Source: Lama guanicoe
Taxonomy: Eukaryota
Direction of reading: 5' to 3'
NCBI GenBank assembly: GCA_013239625.1
Contig: MU053416.1
Location: forward strand, 170,428 to 190,427
Length of the DNA stretch: 20,000 nucleotides
This document shows positions 1 through 11,913 of this stretch, piece after piece (the stretch's first letter is position 1; the number at the start of each line of letters is the position of its first letter). The translations under genes and the position numbers were made by a program. Below the pieces are notes generated by a model, which was not told where the DNA came from, made no database searches, and worked only from the letters and a program-made list of their open reading frames with translations.

Positions 1-813
1 ATTTTGCACTCAAAATGCCACACACAGAACCATCTCCTTGAAACCAGCTCCTCCCCTTACGCTCCCCCTGCAGATCCGCTCTGTAGATGGGTCCCTGGAA
101 AGTCACCTCAGCAGCTCTGCGGCCCGCCGCCCCGGCCCTGCAGTCCCCTCTGAAGCAGTCACCACTTCTGCCGCCCATGTCTCTATCCCTCTGCACAGGG
201 CCTCTCTGCAGGCGGGTGCCACTTGTTGTCTGGGTTACCTGGGGTGGTCCCCGAAATATCCTTTCCCCCCAAAATATGGGCCTCCCCCCAAAAATAGTAT
301 CTTCCATTCTGCTGCCAGAATAACCAGATCTTCTTCAACATAAACATTATGAAATTCTCTTGCTTACAAATACTCCAATATAGCCCTGTTTCCTTAAGGA
401 TACATTCAAGTCTAAGCACACAAGACCCATCATGACAGAGGCCTTGTGCACCTGATAACCCCACCTATGGATACTTTGTTTTAGCCCTACTTGTTGTTCT
501 TCAGCCTGGCCAAGCTGCTTCATGCCATGTACCTGTATATGTCTCTACCTCTCTGCATGAAGTGTCCACTCCTTCTACCACAAATTAGAGAGCTAACTTC
601 CTTTCACCTTTCAAAATTCAGTTCAAATATTTCCAGCTCTAGGAAGTCCAATTTGTGTTAACCTGCTTAGCAATCCATCAACTACTCGCCAAGCCTCGCC
701 TGGCCTGGGGAGTGCAGACACCAAGTCTTACCTGTCTTGGTCTCCCCAGCAGTTGATACAGTGTTTGGCATAGCAGGTGCTCAATGTTTGTTGGATGGAT
801 AAATGAATGAATC
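1..813 (+). mobile_element. Old LINE-2 fragment(s) ending in the L2 3' terminus
   Basis: Typical L2 3' end cagtgtttggcatagcaggtgctcaatgtttgttggatggataaatgaatgaat (about 760-813). Upstream sequence is pyrimidine-rich and L2-like; the 5' boundary is uncertain. Confidence 0.65.
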
Positions 814-3745
814 AGTAAAGAGATGAGAGGTCTACAATCCCCCCCAGTTACTCAGCTGCCATTTTGGAAAGTTCATTCTGCGGAGTTAAGGAAATGTCAG
901 TGCAGGTGGTGGGCAGACAGAACAGAGGTGAGGGCGTAGGGGAGACAGGCCTGGTCCTGGAGAGTGCAGGAGAGGCGTGGGTATGATAGCACTGGAGAGA
1001 GAGGGAATGAAGGGGGTGGGTGCAAGGAGATGTTGAGAAACAACTGATATTAACTGTGGTAAATTAAATGGAGAACATAATATATGAAGGGAAGTTCAAG
1101 TTAACACAGCAAGGGTGGAAGAGGCAGTACCAGAGACAAAGAGCTCTCACTTCATCACTCACTGCATTTCACTTATGACACCCACCCTCTGGGAAGGCAT
1201 CACCAAATTCTTGAGAGACTGGTGTTTGTGCTGTGGGTGCTCTAAGTACAAAATGGTATCTTATGGCTTCCAGATTTTAAGACTGATAGATTATTTCTCT
1301 TATGTCCAATGTCTGAGTTCTCAGACAGCAGGATCATTCGCTGGTAGGGGGAGAGCTATTGTGGTTAACAACTCAGGGTTACTCTAATAATCTCAAAGGA
1401 CAGTGGGGAATTCACTAAAACAAATAAAAGAGAAATTTCACTCAGAAAAAACCATATGCCATATAGAACCTTGTAGGGGCTTTGGGGGCAATGTTACCAC
1501 CAACTCATCTAACAGTTGTATGTGAGTGTGTTGAAACTCCGAGCTCAAGTCACTTAAACACGTATGAGAACCAGGGTCCAGGCTGTGGTGCTCTGGACAT
1601 GGACGGGAAGCTGAAAAGCCTGACTACTGCCTCCGACAGGATCAGTCCAGCCAGGGAGAACAATGGACATGGACACGATCATGCACCATCAAGACAAGAA
1701 TCAAGTACAATTCATGCCTAGACAGGAGAGCAGATAATCTCTAAAAAGTGGAGGGGTCCCTGTCAAGGCTTGGCAAGAGTCCTTCCAGGCAGAAAAGCAG
1801 AGAAAGTTACTTCAGGCGAAGGAGACTAGGGTTGGTGGCTGGGTGCGAGGCCTAACGAAGCACAGGTGGAGGGCTCCAGGATCATCTGTCAGTAGCTCTT
1901 CCCCTTCAGCAGCTAAGACGCATAACTAAAAAGGCAGGTGGGGTGTCATTAATGATCATGGGGAAAACTGGGAGGAGGAAATTGAGGTCAGGATATCACA
2001 ACCAAAGGCACTTTATTTTAGAGGAACAAAAATAATTCAAAAAGCACTTGGAAATTCTACCTCCCATGAATGAAAAGAACTCAAAATAAGTTTCACTCCA
2101 GCATTGAATACAGAATAACAGACTGCCTACTCTCAGAAATGGATTGAATTTTCTAATTCGCTAGGGATTATTTAGATAATAGGAAAAAGAATTAATCTGA
2201 AAAATCTCTCTAGAATAGCTGTTAATCCATCCTGTTTTGCAGGGTAGGGGGAGGCTGAATTATTTAGTTGGTATTTTAATGAGTCTATAAAGTTCTAAAA
2301 GTCCTATCAATTTCTCCCAAAAGCATACTTTTCCTTTCAATGACCTTTATTTGACTTAACTAGAACAATAACTTTTTTCCAAGGCTTTTTTCGTGTGTGT
2401 TAAAATACCAAATGATATGCTGCCCTCAGAATGTTATTGTTATTATTAAAGCTGATAATAGCCCCAATAAGACATATTTACAATTATGACTCATTTTGGA
2501 ATAACAGGTCATTGGCTTATAGTCCTTTTGAAAATAAGCAGACTAAATGAACATAACTTCTACACCAGGGACTTCAGCTGCACCCTTAATGGAACCTGGT
2601 CACGAAACACAACAAAAGCAAAGACGAAACTCAAATCAGACACCAGGCCACAAAGCATAACTGACTGAAGATGCCACAACATGACCTTTCATTCACCGAG
2701 AGAACCAGATGCGTTTCCGTGTATAATGTATATTTTTAAAAGCAATTATTTTATATATAGAATGTAATTTAGGAAAAAGAAAACTCCCTCTATCTGTAGA
2801 TTTATAAACAGGAAGCACAAAGGGGTGCCTTTGTAGACATGAACCCCCATGCATAAATGCAAAGCCTATTGACCAAAATCCTTTCCTGTCTTCTAAGTTA
2901 AAAAAAAAAACAACTAATTCAAGGCAGTGGTGAGCTGAAAGGGCTCAGATACAAAACGTGCACATCATCAGCCTTCTAGTAGATAAAAGTGCGCCATGAA
3001 TAATAGAAAAGATGACGTTTCCTATGGAAATCTATTTTGAGATGGAACCATTTAAAGGCAACCTAGAGCTCAAAACCAAGTTTAACCAAAGAGAAACAGA
3101 GCCCAAGCAAATGTACAGAAGTGGACAAAGACATTGGAGAAGGAGGGGATCTGTGCTCAACCGATACTCCAGATCAGCAAATTCATCCTGAATTCAAGCC
3201 AGTGATGTGCCATGAGGTCACTCAAGGAACCAGACAGAAACCATCGGCCAGAAGAAATAGGAACAATGTCAAAGGCAGGTGTGAGAAGGGGTGACCCTGT
3301 GAACCTTGCTGCCATGAGGCAGGATGCTCTTGCGGGCTTTCTGAACAGGCTGGCTGGCTCACATGACTCTGTTTAGAAGGATATCAGCCAACAGCTGTGC
3401 CACACGGGCTACAGCCCAAGCTGAGTCACATGTAGTAACGGTTCTGAGTTTATCCTTAGACGACATGACCAGAAGGCTCTGAGAATCAATGGTGGAGACG
3501 TACCTGAATGAGTATTCCATTTCATTCCTTGGCAGTAAATCTTCAGCTTTGTACAACATAAATATTGACAAAGATACACACAGGCACCCTATTTGAAAGC
3601 CTGACTGCATAATTGCATCTAATCGAGAAAAGCGGGCTCCGTTTCAGTATGCTAGGTCATTGTTTGGCTCGGTAACCAATGCTTCTGAGACCCAAAACAT
3701 ACTCTAGTATAACCGACAGCACCAAAATCTCCACTGATGACTTAC

Positions 3746-3869
3746 TCATATCAAGGTAGTCATATAATAACCCCAGTTTGCCCATAGGATACAGATGGTT
3801 GTCCCGTTCCCATCATGGGCTGGTCTGTTCTTCTCCCGAAACTGCAGCACCATTAGATTCATGACCCAG
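3746..3869 (-). pseudogene. ANO6: ANO6 exon remnant 6 (about exon 16, TM6-TM7 loop and TM7), 124 bp: WVMNLM(fs-7)AAVSGEEQTSP*WERDNHLYPMGKLGLLYDYLDM
   Basis: Acceptor tggcAG and donor GTAAGT are intact. Length is 124 bp versus 131 expected, a net 7-bp deletion near 3850. TGA at 3813-3815 where ANO6 has Arg (PRWE). Confidence 0.92.
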
Positions 3870-4204
3870 CTGCCAAACAGATCAAATTATAAGGCAAGAT
3901 ATTATCAGACCAAGGTCATAAAAGTATTACTGATATCTCAAGCTGAACACATCATCTTCCCAAGAATTTAATTTCTTGTTTTCAGGATAAATTTCTTTTT
4001 ATTGCTGCCTCCCTACCCTCAAAAATTGTGAAAACTAGTCCTGACTACATACCTTGGGTTTACCAAAATTGTAATGACTACTACTTAACTCCTACCTCCT
4101 TTTCAGGTGGGCATTTTAGCTTTTAGAAGATACCTTCCCTCATTTGTCTTCTTTCCCCCCATTTCTCTGCTATTATCCACCATGGCCTTTCCAGTCTGAA
4201 AATC

Positions 4205-4590
4205 GTCAGAGAAAATAAGTATAAGAAAGAAATACAGGGTCTGTGAGCTGGTAATAAGTGCTGTGGAGGAAAATAAAGGAGGGCAAGGAATGTGTGGTAC
4301 GGAGGAGTGGGGCTGGGGAAGTGACCTTTGAATAAGGCAAAGACGGAGGTAAAGGGGCGGGCAGAGGAGGGGCAGAGGGAAGAGTGATCACAGGCCTGGA
4401 GGTCCCTCACGCTGGACAGACAGCATGGAGACTGGTGTGGGCCAGAGCGAACAGGAAATGTGGTGGTTTTGGGGGTGGAGCCTAAGAGACTGCAGTGAGG
4501 ATGTGGGCATTTTTCCCTCTGAAGGAATTGCAGAGCCATGGAGGGTCACCAAGCAGAAAAGTGATACTCTAACTTTGGATCAAACAGGTC
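4205..4590 (-). mobile_element. LINE-2 fragment
   Basis: Purine-rich antisense L2 motifs (ggtaataagtgctgtggaggaaaataaag; gcagagccatggagggtcaccaagcagaaaagtgatac). Confidence 0.6.
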
Positions 4591-5727
4591 CAAGAACCTA
4601 ATTTAAGCTGAACAAATCAAGGGCCAAAGAAGTGACATGCCACCTCAAAGTGCAGTGCTTGAAAGAAACACAGCCTCAACTCGCAGTCCAGTGCTCTGCC
4701 CCCTCCTGGATGCTGTTCCACAGAGCTGTCTCTAAGGTTATCTTTTCTCCTCACTCAGAGGCTTGTGGGCCAACTGAATGCTTCCCCCTTTATCAAATGG
4801 CAATTTGTCCTGAAGTGAAATCGGAGTTGGCAGTGAAACAAGGCATGGGCCTGTAGCCTACAGAGCTGTTGTCCCTGAAAGCAACAACTGGTGTGTGGCT
4901 TACTCGTGGATTCAGCAGAAGAGACAGAGAAACAACAGACAACTTAGCGTCTGGCTGAGCTTCGGCTGACTGAACTGCACGTTTGGATGGATTTCAAATT
5001 TGGACAGTGAGGAGGCTTCACACGAAAGGCAGGTGTAGACATCATACATGCCCACACATCTGTATGCACACACACAGAGTACATGATGTGACTTGTAAAG
5101 AGCTGCCCCTGCTAGGTTTCCCACTGCCTCTGATCTCAGCGTTAACCTTTCACTGGCCATGCTTCCAGGTTTGCTATGAGATTTCTTTGCAATGAAACAT
5201 GCCCTTCGCTTCACAAACTTTCCCCACTTCTTTCAATGACATTAGGGGAAGAGCAGGGAGCTCTGGGAAGTGGTGGGGATATGGACTCGAGATACCCCTG
5301 AATTTGAATCCACACTTCATGGCTTATTTGTTATTTAACTTTATTTACATTCAAAATGCAATTGTTGCAGATCTCAGAAGATGATTTACACTCACTGCTA
5401 TGGCAGAATGTTGCGGTTAGTAGACCCACCACTGGATCCTCTTATTCAACACGTTCTTCCAATAATTCAGATATTACTGTATCCCAAATGCCCATTTCTA
5501 TATTTTGGTATCTGCTTTTCAGTATAATTATCTTCCTTCTTTATTCTCTAAATCTTATGATTTTAAAACATTTTTCTGAGAAGTGGTCCACAGGCTCTTT
5601 ACTTATGATAAGTTGATAAAGAGATCCTGGAGATCAAAACCACATTTAAATCCTGAGATAAACTCAACTCTGTCATATACATGGCTAGGTTTAGTCTGAA
5701 AATACTTTATTTAGTAAATTTTGCATC

Positions 5728-5904
5728 AAACAACAAGGTTCTACTGTATAGCACAGGCAATTACATTCAATAACTTTTAATAGCCTATAGTGAAAAAGAA
5801 TATGACAAGGAATATATATATATATGTATGTATAACTGAATCACTATGCTGTACACCAAGAATTAACACAATATTTTAAACCAACTATACTTTCAACAAA
5901 AAAA
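5728..5904 (+). mobile_element. 5'-truncated artiodactyl-type L1 3' end with A-tail
   Basis: aacaacaaggttctactgtatagcacaggcaattacattcaata...gtataactgaatcactatgctgtacacc...actatactttcaacaaaaaaa is the characteristic cetartiodactyl L1 3' UTR. Confidence 0.85.
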
Positions 5905-5909
5905 GTTGA

Positions 5910-5975
5910 AATAAAATTGGGAGATGAAACTTCCACCGCCCAGGCTGCTGTCAGGATGAAACGATTCAAAGCAGG
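5910..5975 (+). mobile_element. MIR core fragment
   Basis: taaaattgggagatgaaacttccaccgcccaggctgctgtcaggatgaaacga resembles the MIR core (taaaatgggga..cagggttgttgtgaggattaaatga). Confidence 0.5.
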
Positions 5976-6834
5976 CCAGTTATTAGCAACCCCCCTGACA
6001 CAGCAAAACCACATGTGGGGCCTTCCTTTTGAGCAGCATAGGCTAACCGGCTGTGGTCACCTATAAATAGGGTTGAAGTCACTTAGACCCTTGGCTTGGG
6101 AACACCGTGGCCACAGGGGTGGGGGTCACTGCAGCACCTACGAGAATGACAGGGACAGCCTGCTGCTGAAGCCGCTCCCCAGGCCACAGCCCGGAGCACT
6201 GCAGTCAGTCTGAGGTCCGGCTGGTGGCGCACAGCTCCAAAGCCACTTGGAGCCCTGCAGTGCAGGTGGCGCTGGGACCGCGCTCATCCACCACCCTCCC
6301 TGGCACCCACACTCGGGAGTCTCCTGGGGGAAATTTTCTCTGCCTCATACTTCCTGTCTCAGCCTCTTGTGGAATCTGGTCCATGCCCCAGGGAAGCAGG
6401 GCTTTTACCCTCCGGTACCCAAATCCATCACGGTTTGGATTCAGGATGAAACTTCCATGTTAACTCACCCAGTGCTCCCTTCTTGTGCTGAACTGCCCTC
6501 CCCCGCCAATGGCATTAGGTCGTATTAGAAGTCCCGACTTGCTTGTCCTTAGCTAAGACTCTGAGCCTCTTGCTCAGTCTTCCTGAGTGGAACCACTCAT
6601 CTGTGGCACAAAAGCTTGGGCTGTCGTCTACCCATCATGGTCCTTGGTCTTTTGGGTTTTCTGTTGGGTTATGGTCCTCGTACAGGGATATCAATTTGCA
6701 CATGAGAAGCAGCTGTAGACATTTTAAAAAATACAGACACTGGATCCTCCCCCCTCTCCTGCCAAGGCTGGAAGCTTTCTCCCTCTAGCAGGGGTTACAC
6801 AATCATTTGCTTGGGAATTGACCACACATATTAG

Positions 6835-6962
6835 CATAATCATAGTAAATTGCCCTTTACTTAGTGTTTGCCACGTGGCATTTTCTACTTCATGTTGTCT
6901 TTGTACCTTCATTATCACATTTAATCCCTGCATTATAGATTATCACCATTTCTGTTGAGGAC
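6835..6962 (-). mobile_element. MIR fragment
   Basis: cattatcacatttaatccctgcattatagattatcaccatttctgttgagg resembles an antisense MIR core. Confidence 0.5.
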
Positions 6963-7497
6963 ACTCCCACTTGCTAATCTTGAATACAAGTATCTTTGAT
7001 TCTCTTAATCTATTTCATTCCTGAGTTTCCTGTTCCTGAATTTAAAGAGTGAATTATGGACACATGTATTTAAGTTTCTCTTATTATATGTATCTGACTC
7101 ATCCTCTAACCAAATCATATCTGGAGAAGAGAGATTTTCTCTTTTAAACATTTGCTTTTTGTTATTATATAGTAGTGCATACCCATGGTGGAAAACGTAG
7201 GAAACATACAAAGTAAGAAAATTACAGCCATACATTATCTAAATACCAAAGGATAATGCTGTCATTTTGGGCATTAACTATTTTTCTTAATATTTTATCA
7301 TAAAATTTCTCCAGGGCAAGTTGCTTAACCCTGGAATTGTACTAGCCTTTTGTCAAGTAGAGAGTAACATTCCCAGAAATGACCCCAATATCAAAATAGT
7401 ATGTGAGGCTGGGAAGGCCACAGGGCTCTCAGCTTATTCTCTGAGTCCTAGAAAGATTGCTGTTAATTCACTGATGTTACGCATTCGATGCCTGTGA

Positions 7498-7570
7498 GTC
7501 ACTCACTCATTCAGCTCGCTCAGACTGAGACCTACTTTACACCAGGTGCCAATCCAAGTGCTGGGGAGAC
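7498..7570 (-). mobile_element. LINE-2 3' end fragment
   Basis: ctcactcattcagc...ctgagacctactttacaccaggtgccaatccaagtgctggggagac matches the antisense L2 terminus pattern. Confidence 0.55.
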
Positions 7571-9098
7571 CCCAGAGGGAGCCTGGATCATGGCATCACT
7601 GTCCTTCTTCATTTGCTCCCAGAATCCTACTCAAGAACCCCACATGGACCTGGGGGGTGGAGGCAGGTGAGTTATGGTGAAATTCATTTCATTATGTTCC
7701 TTTAGACATATTTAAATAGCATGAAAAGAGTCACTAACTTTGATAAGTTTTCTTTTCCCTTCCTATGTATTTTAGGATGAGTATAGTTTTGGTGCAGCAA
7801 GAGTAATTGTTAGATCTTTGGTATGTTAGGTTTTTATATGATAAATTAAGAAGGAAACTGGCACCTTATACAAAGAGAAGAGGCAGTGAGGAAAACACAA
7901 GCCACCCTCGAACTTGGCTATAATTTGGCATTCCTGGTTTTCAAACAAGGAAAACATAATTCAAAACATATTCCCTAAATATTTTAGCCCATAGTAGAAA
8001 TACATGGAGACAAAGTTCAGCTCACTGGAACCTACAGCAATGTGCTTACTTAAGTGAAGGTATAAACAGACCACAGACACTATAATGCATCCTTTACTTT
8101 AAACTAGTTCATGTGAGCAAGTTTCCTTTCACATGAATTGCTCAGTACCAATTTAGGAAATATATCCTTCTCCTTGATTAGTAAAAATAGCTCACTGATA
8201 ACCAGATTCAACAAAATTTAGTGTTAAATAATTAACCTATTTCCTTCAGGAAATGCTTTCGAGTAATCTGAGTTAAGTATTTCCTCTATCTGATCTATTC
8301 CTTTTCACAGAGAAAAATAATATTTGAACATGAGCTACTTTTACTCCTCTGGGAAAATCTGACTGTGAGCTCAGGGTAGGAGTTGTCTACTACACAGTAG
8401 GGAAAAAAAGATTCATTTCACAGCGAAGATCAGAATCTTTTTTTGAGGGGCATGGTGAGCTGGGGGACGAGGGAAATGCCTTTGTTTAGAGACAGACCCC
8501 AGTAAACCATACTGAAGCTGAAGGTGAAGCTCTTGTGAAGAAATGTGGAAGGACACACTGAAACCCAAAGGTGTTCACTCTGAAAAACAGAAAGAAAGAA
8601 AGAAAAAAGAATTTAACTGCCCTATAAGGAGAATGGACAGAAACTTGGTAGTAAGGGAGAAAGAAGGAAGGTTAGGGAAGGGAGGAGAAACAATGAAAGG
8701 GAACTTGGATGCGGTGGGCAGAATAGCAGGTTTCTGGAGCTTACAATGAAGGATGATAAGAAAAGAAGTAAAGTTTAAAAAAAGTAACAAAGTTTAAAAT
8801 AGTTTAAAAATTAAAAAATGAAGTTAAAAAATAATTTTTTTTATAGTGGCATGGAAGATTTTAAAATGATGGAGGTTTTTTATTTCAAAATTCAAGTTGT
8901 TTGAGTTTCTCCTCCATGCTCCAAACAACAGTAAGGCCTGCTTGTGTAAGTGGATTTGGGGGACACCACAGAGAGGGGTGAGCTCTGCAGTTAGGTTGGC
9001 CAGGAGCAAAATGCTGGTGTGGAAGGCAAGACAGATGAGAGATCAACAGTTTCATGAGAACAGAAACTCAAAGCCAGAAATTATCTTAAAAAGATTAA

Positions 9099-9620
9099 TG
9101 TGGTAGGCAGAAAAATGATCCCCCCCAAGATGTCTATGTCCTAATCCCCAGAACATATGAAGAGGTCAGTTTCCCTGACAAAGGAGGCCTATGGTTGCAG
9201 ATGCGGTTAAGTTTGCTAACCAGCCAACTCTAAGAGAGATGAGCTGGATTATAGAGGTGGGCCCAGTGTAATCACCAGGGTCGTTAAAGAAGGAAGAGGG
9301 AGGCAGAAGAGGGGAGAGAGGAGAGGAGATGTGACCACAGGATCAGAGTCAGAGGCAAACAACCATGCTGACCTTGAGAGAGAGAAAAGAGGTCACAGGC
9401 CAAGAGAGGCAGGTGGCCTCTGGAAGCCAGAAAAGTCAAAGATACAGGTTCCCCTGAGGCCTTCAGAAACAGCCCTGTCAATACTTTGATTTCAGGAGGC
9501 TTCTGCGTTCAAGAAACCTACAAGGTTAAACTTGTGTTGTTTAGTGGAGACTTTCTTTTTCCTTCCTACTACCATGACGTTTGGGGATACTTGTTACAAC
9601 AGCAATAGAAAACGAATACA
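9099..9620 (+). mobile_element. MaLR solo LTR (MLT1C/D/E-like)
   Basis: Starts TGTGGTAGGCAGAA and ends ttgttacaacagcaatagaaaacgaataCA. Contains internal MLT1 motifs (gtcctaatccccagaac, gggcccagtgtaatcac, ggcctctggaagccagaaaag). TTAA lies on both flanks. Confidence 0.88.
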
Positions 9621-9856
9621 TTAAGCTCCTTGAAATGTTCAGAAATTGCAGATAACACTGGACTGTCTACTTTGATATGGGATTTGGCTTATGTGAAAAT
9701 CAAAAGGACAGTATGACCTTTGCTAACATCTGCTTTTCTCATTTATAGGAAGAGAACAGTAAGTCAAAACCTCTGTAGTTATTATTTTAGACAAGTGTCT
9801 CTTAAAACATTATGTAACCCTGTGCCTTAGGACCCCAAGAGAGTCTCTGTTCTTAG

Positions 9857-10105
9857 AAGAACATGGATTCAGAGAGATAGGGTCTTACATCTGAGTCCCA
9901 CAGTGGTATCTTATTGGCAATGAGAGCTTGGGAAAATCATTTACCCTCTTTAAGCCACAGGATCTTTACTTGCAAAAGGAAGATAAGAATAAAGATTGTT
10001 TGGGTGATTAAATTGTACACACACACACACATGCACACACACATATATGTACAATATTTAATACAGTGACTAGCACATACTAGGCACTGAACAAATTTCT
10101 GTTAT
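9857..10105 (+). mobile_element. MIR SINE containing a (CA)n tract
   Basis: cttgggaaaatcatttaccctcttaagcc...gtgattaaat...acagtgactagcacatactaggcactgaacaaat. Confidence 0.65.
10017..10042. repeat. Interrupted (CA)n microsatellite
   Basis: acacacacacacacatgcacacacac. Confidence 0.85.
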
Positions 10106-10455
10106 GGGTTTTTAAATGCATGTATAAAAGGAGGAGAAAGTTGTGAGAAGTTGTGGGAAAACTTAGTTCACTGCCCCAACAAGGGCCATCTCTCAAAGGG
10201 CTCTGATCAGTCAGTCCCCAGTGATGGGCTAATAAGCAAAAACTATAGCACTTGGGGATTTAAGTTAAACATAAAAAGGAAGTTATTTAAGTATAATTAT
10301 TAAACAGCAGGTACGTTTGCACTGTTGGCTGGATCATCTTATCTGGCGAGCTGTAATAAGCAGAGAGTCTCCCCTGTTTTAGAGATGGGCACGCAGGAAA
10401 ATGATGTGGATGGGTGGGCCATTCTCACCCCAGGATCACATGACTTTGTACTCAT

Positions 10456-10553
10456 GGAAGTAACACCTCTTGCATGTTATTCCAGATTGACTGTCCTCCC
10501 ATGATTATTGTCAGCTGTGTCATCAGTTCAAGGAGACAGCCACCTGGGTCACA
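10456..10553 (-). pseudogene. ANO6: ANO6 exon remnant 5 (about exon 15, TM6), 98 bp: [33 protein letters not shown]
   Basis: Acceptor ttccAG and open frame. The donor reads CC|ATGAGT instead of CC|GTGAGT (10454-10455). Confidence 0.94.
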
Positions 10554-10729
10554 CTGGAATATCAGAAAAAAATCTCATTTAAATTTTAGATAGCTGTAAC
10601 ATGAAATAAAGTCATTATTTTATGCCTAAAAAAATCTAAGGAACAGAGAGTAAAGACACTCTTCATTGGGCAAACAACTAAGAGACATGAAACAGATTAG
10701 ACTGTCAGAACACAAAGCTGTATTCACAC

Positions 10730-10898
10730 CTCTTCATTTCTGTGTTTTCACAGCCAATACACCAGATCTCCTGGATAAGTCACAAATCTGCCCTTAAGGA
10801 ATGCGAGGTAGAAACACGAGGCGTAGTAGTTGACAAACTGGAACAAGAATACCTTCATGGCTAGGTTGTTCTCATAATCGGTCTGGCCCTTGGGAGCT
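10730..10898 (-). pseudogene. ANO6: ANO6 exon remnant 4 (about exon 14, TM5/scrambling domain), 169 bp: ELPR(fs-1)QTDYENNLAMKVFLFQFVNYYASCFYLAFLKGRFVTYPGDLVYWL*KHRNEE
   Basis: Acceptor ctgcAG and donor GTGTGA are intact. 1-bp deletion at about 10886. TGA at 10748-10750 where ANO6 has Gly (WLGKY). Confidence 0.94.
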
Positions 10899-10994
10899 CT
10901 GCAGGTAGAATAAAGAAAAGTTAAGTCTGTAAAACTGTGAACGGCTTTGAGACCCTAATCAATGCCACAGACAGATGAGTTAACACGGTAAATA

Positions 10995-11000
<6 letters not shown>

Positions 11001-11026
<26 letters not shown>
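11001..11026. repeat. (TA)13 microsatellite running into the assembly gap
   Basis: Read directly from the sequence. Confidence 0.95.
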
Positions 11027-11073
11027 NNNNNNNNNNNNNNNNNNNNNNNNNNNNNNNNNNNNNNNNNNNNNNN
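11027..11073. other. Assembly gap (47 N) followed by an A-rich tract
   Basis: Run of N, then poly(A) at 11074-11087. Confidence 0.99.
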
Positions 11074-11913
11074 AAAAAAAAAAAAAAGAAAAAAGAATAA
11101 GTCAGCCGTTCCTTAAAATTTATAAGCACAACAGTATCCAATGGGCAAGAACTGTCCTCTGTCAGGTATAAGTTGACAGAAAGCTACTTTTAAACATCCT
11201 GCTAAATGATATTCTCTTGTCTCCCTGAGCGGCAGTAAGGTAGGACTATTGAAAACAAACAAAACACGGGGCAACTTGCTAGAAGCATTTGGGGAACATA
11301 AAACGGGTCATCCTCCTAGTTCAGAATTTGAATTGGTCTTAGTGTTTTCAGAAGATGACCACTGAGCAGGCCACTGGGAGAACGACCCAGCCACATGCAG
11401 CGTGTGGGAAGCACTTAACTTGGGCCACTAAGCCGCTGGCTGGGATACAAGCCAGAGAGAAGAAACATTTATTATAGAAGCCACAGCTGATGAGAGTGGA
11501 GCTATGCTAACAGGGACAGCATGGGGGGAAGGCACATAACACTGTGGTTACTTGTCCTCTCCATAATGCACAAGCAATCTGCCAGTGGAACCACGACCTT
11601 CTTCCACTTATTTGCAATACAGAGACTATTTACTTTCAACAATAGGGAACATGATCTAATGTAATTGAAATTATTATTAAGCACTGACCTCTTTACACAG
11701 AGCTTGGACATTCTAATGCTTCCTTTGTCCCGTTTACTAATGCAAAGCTGGAGCTAATTCACTTCTCACATAGGCTAGAGAAAATACGTTTACACTTGAA
11801 ATTTTCTAAAGACTTTAATGTAATGGAATTGAAGTGCCTAAAAGATACAGTCCCTGTTTTGACCTGGTTCTAAAACTGGTGTAGAAATGACCTCAGCTGC
11901 AGGAGGAGCTTAC

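Noticed and set aside
249..300. Three short C-run/A-run units (ccccgaaatat, ccccccaaaatat, ccccccaaaaatagt)
   Set aside because: Low-complexity slippage repeat with no spacer structure; not CRISPR-like.
1..3745. Next ANO6 exon (IIQFGFVTLFVASFPLAP...)
   Set aside because: Not found by eye on the minus strand. It probably lies beyond the window, so its absence here is not evidence of deletion.
4123..4539. Longest ORF in the track (138 aa), and the other short ORFs
   Set aside because: No recognisable protein similarity. Many overlap L2, MLT1 or L1 remnants or use non-ATG starts, consistent with chance ORFs.
5921..6460. Recurrent GATGAAAC(TTCCA) motif at about 5923, 5955 and 6445
   Set aside because: Short and irregularly spaced, and two copies lie within a MIR remnant; compatible with chance.
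8760..8845. A-rich tract with repeated agtttaaaa
   Set aside because: Low-complexity sequence with no evident function.
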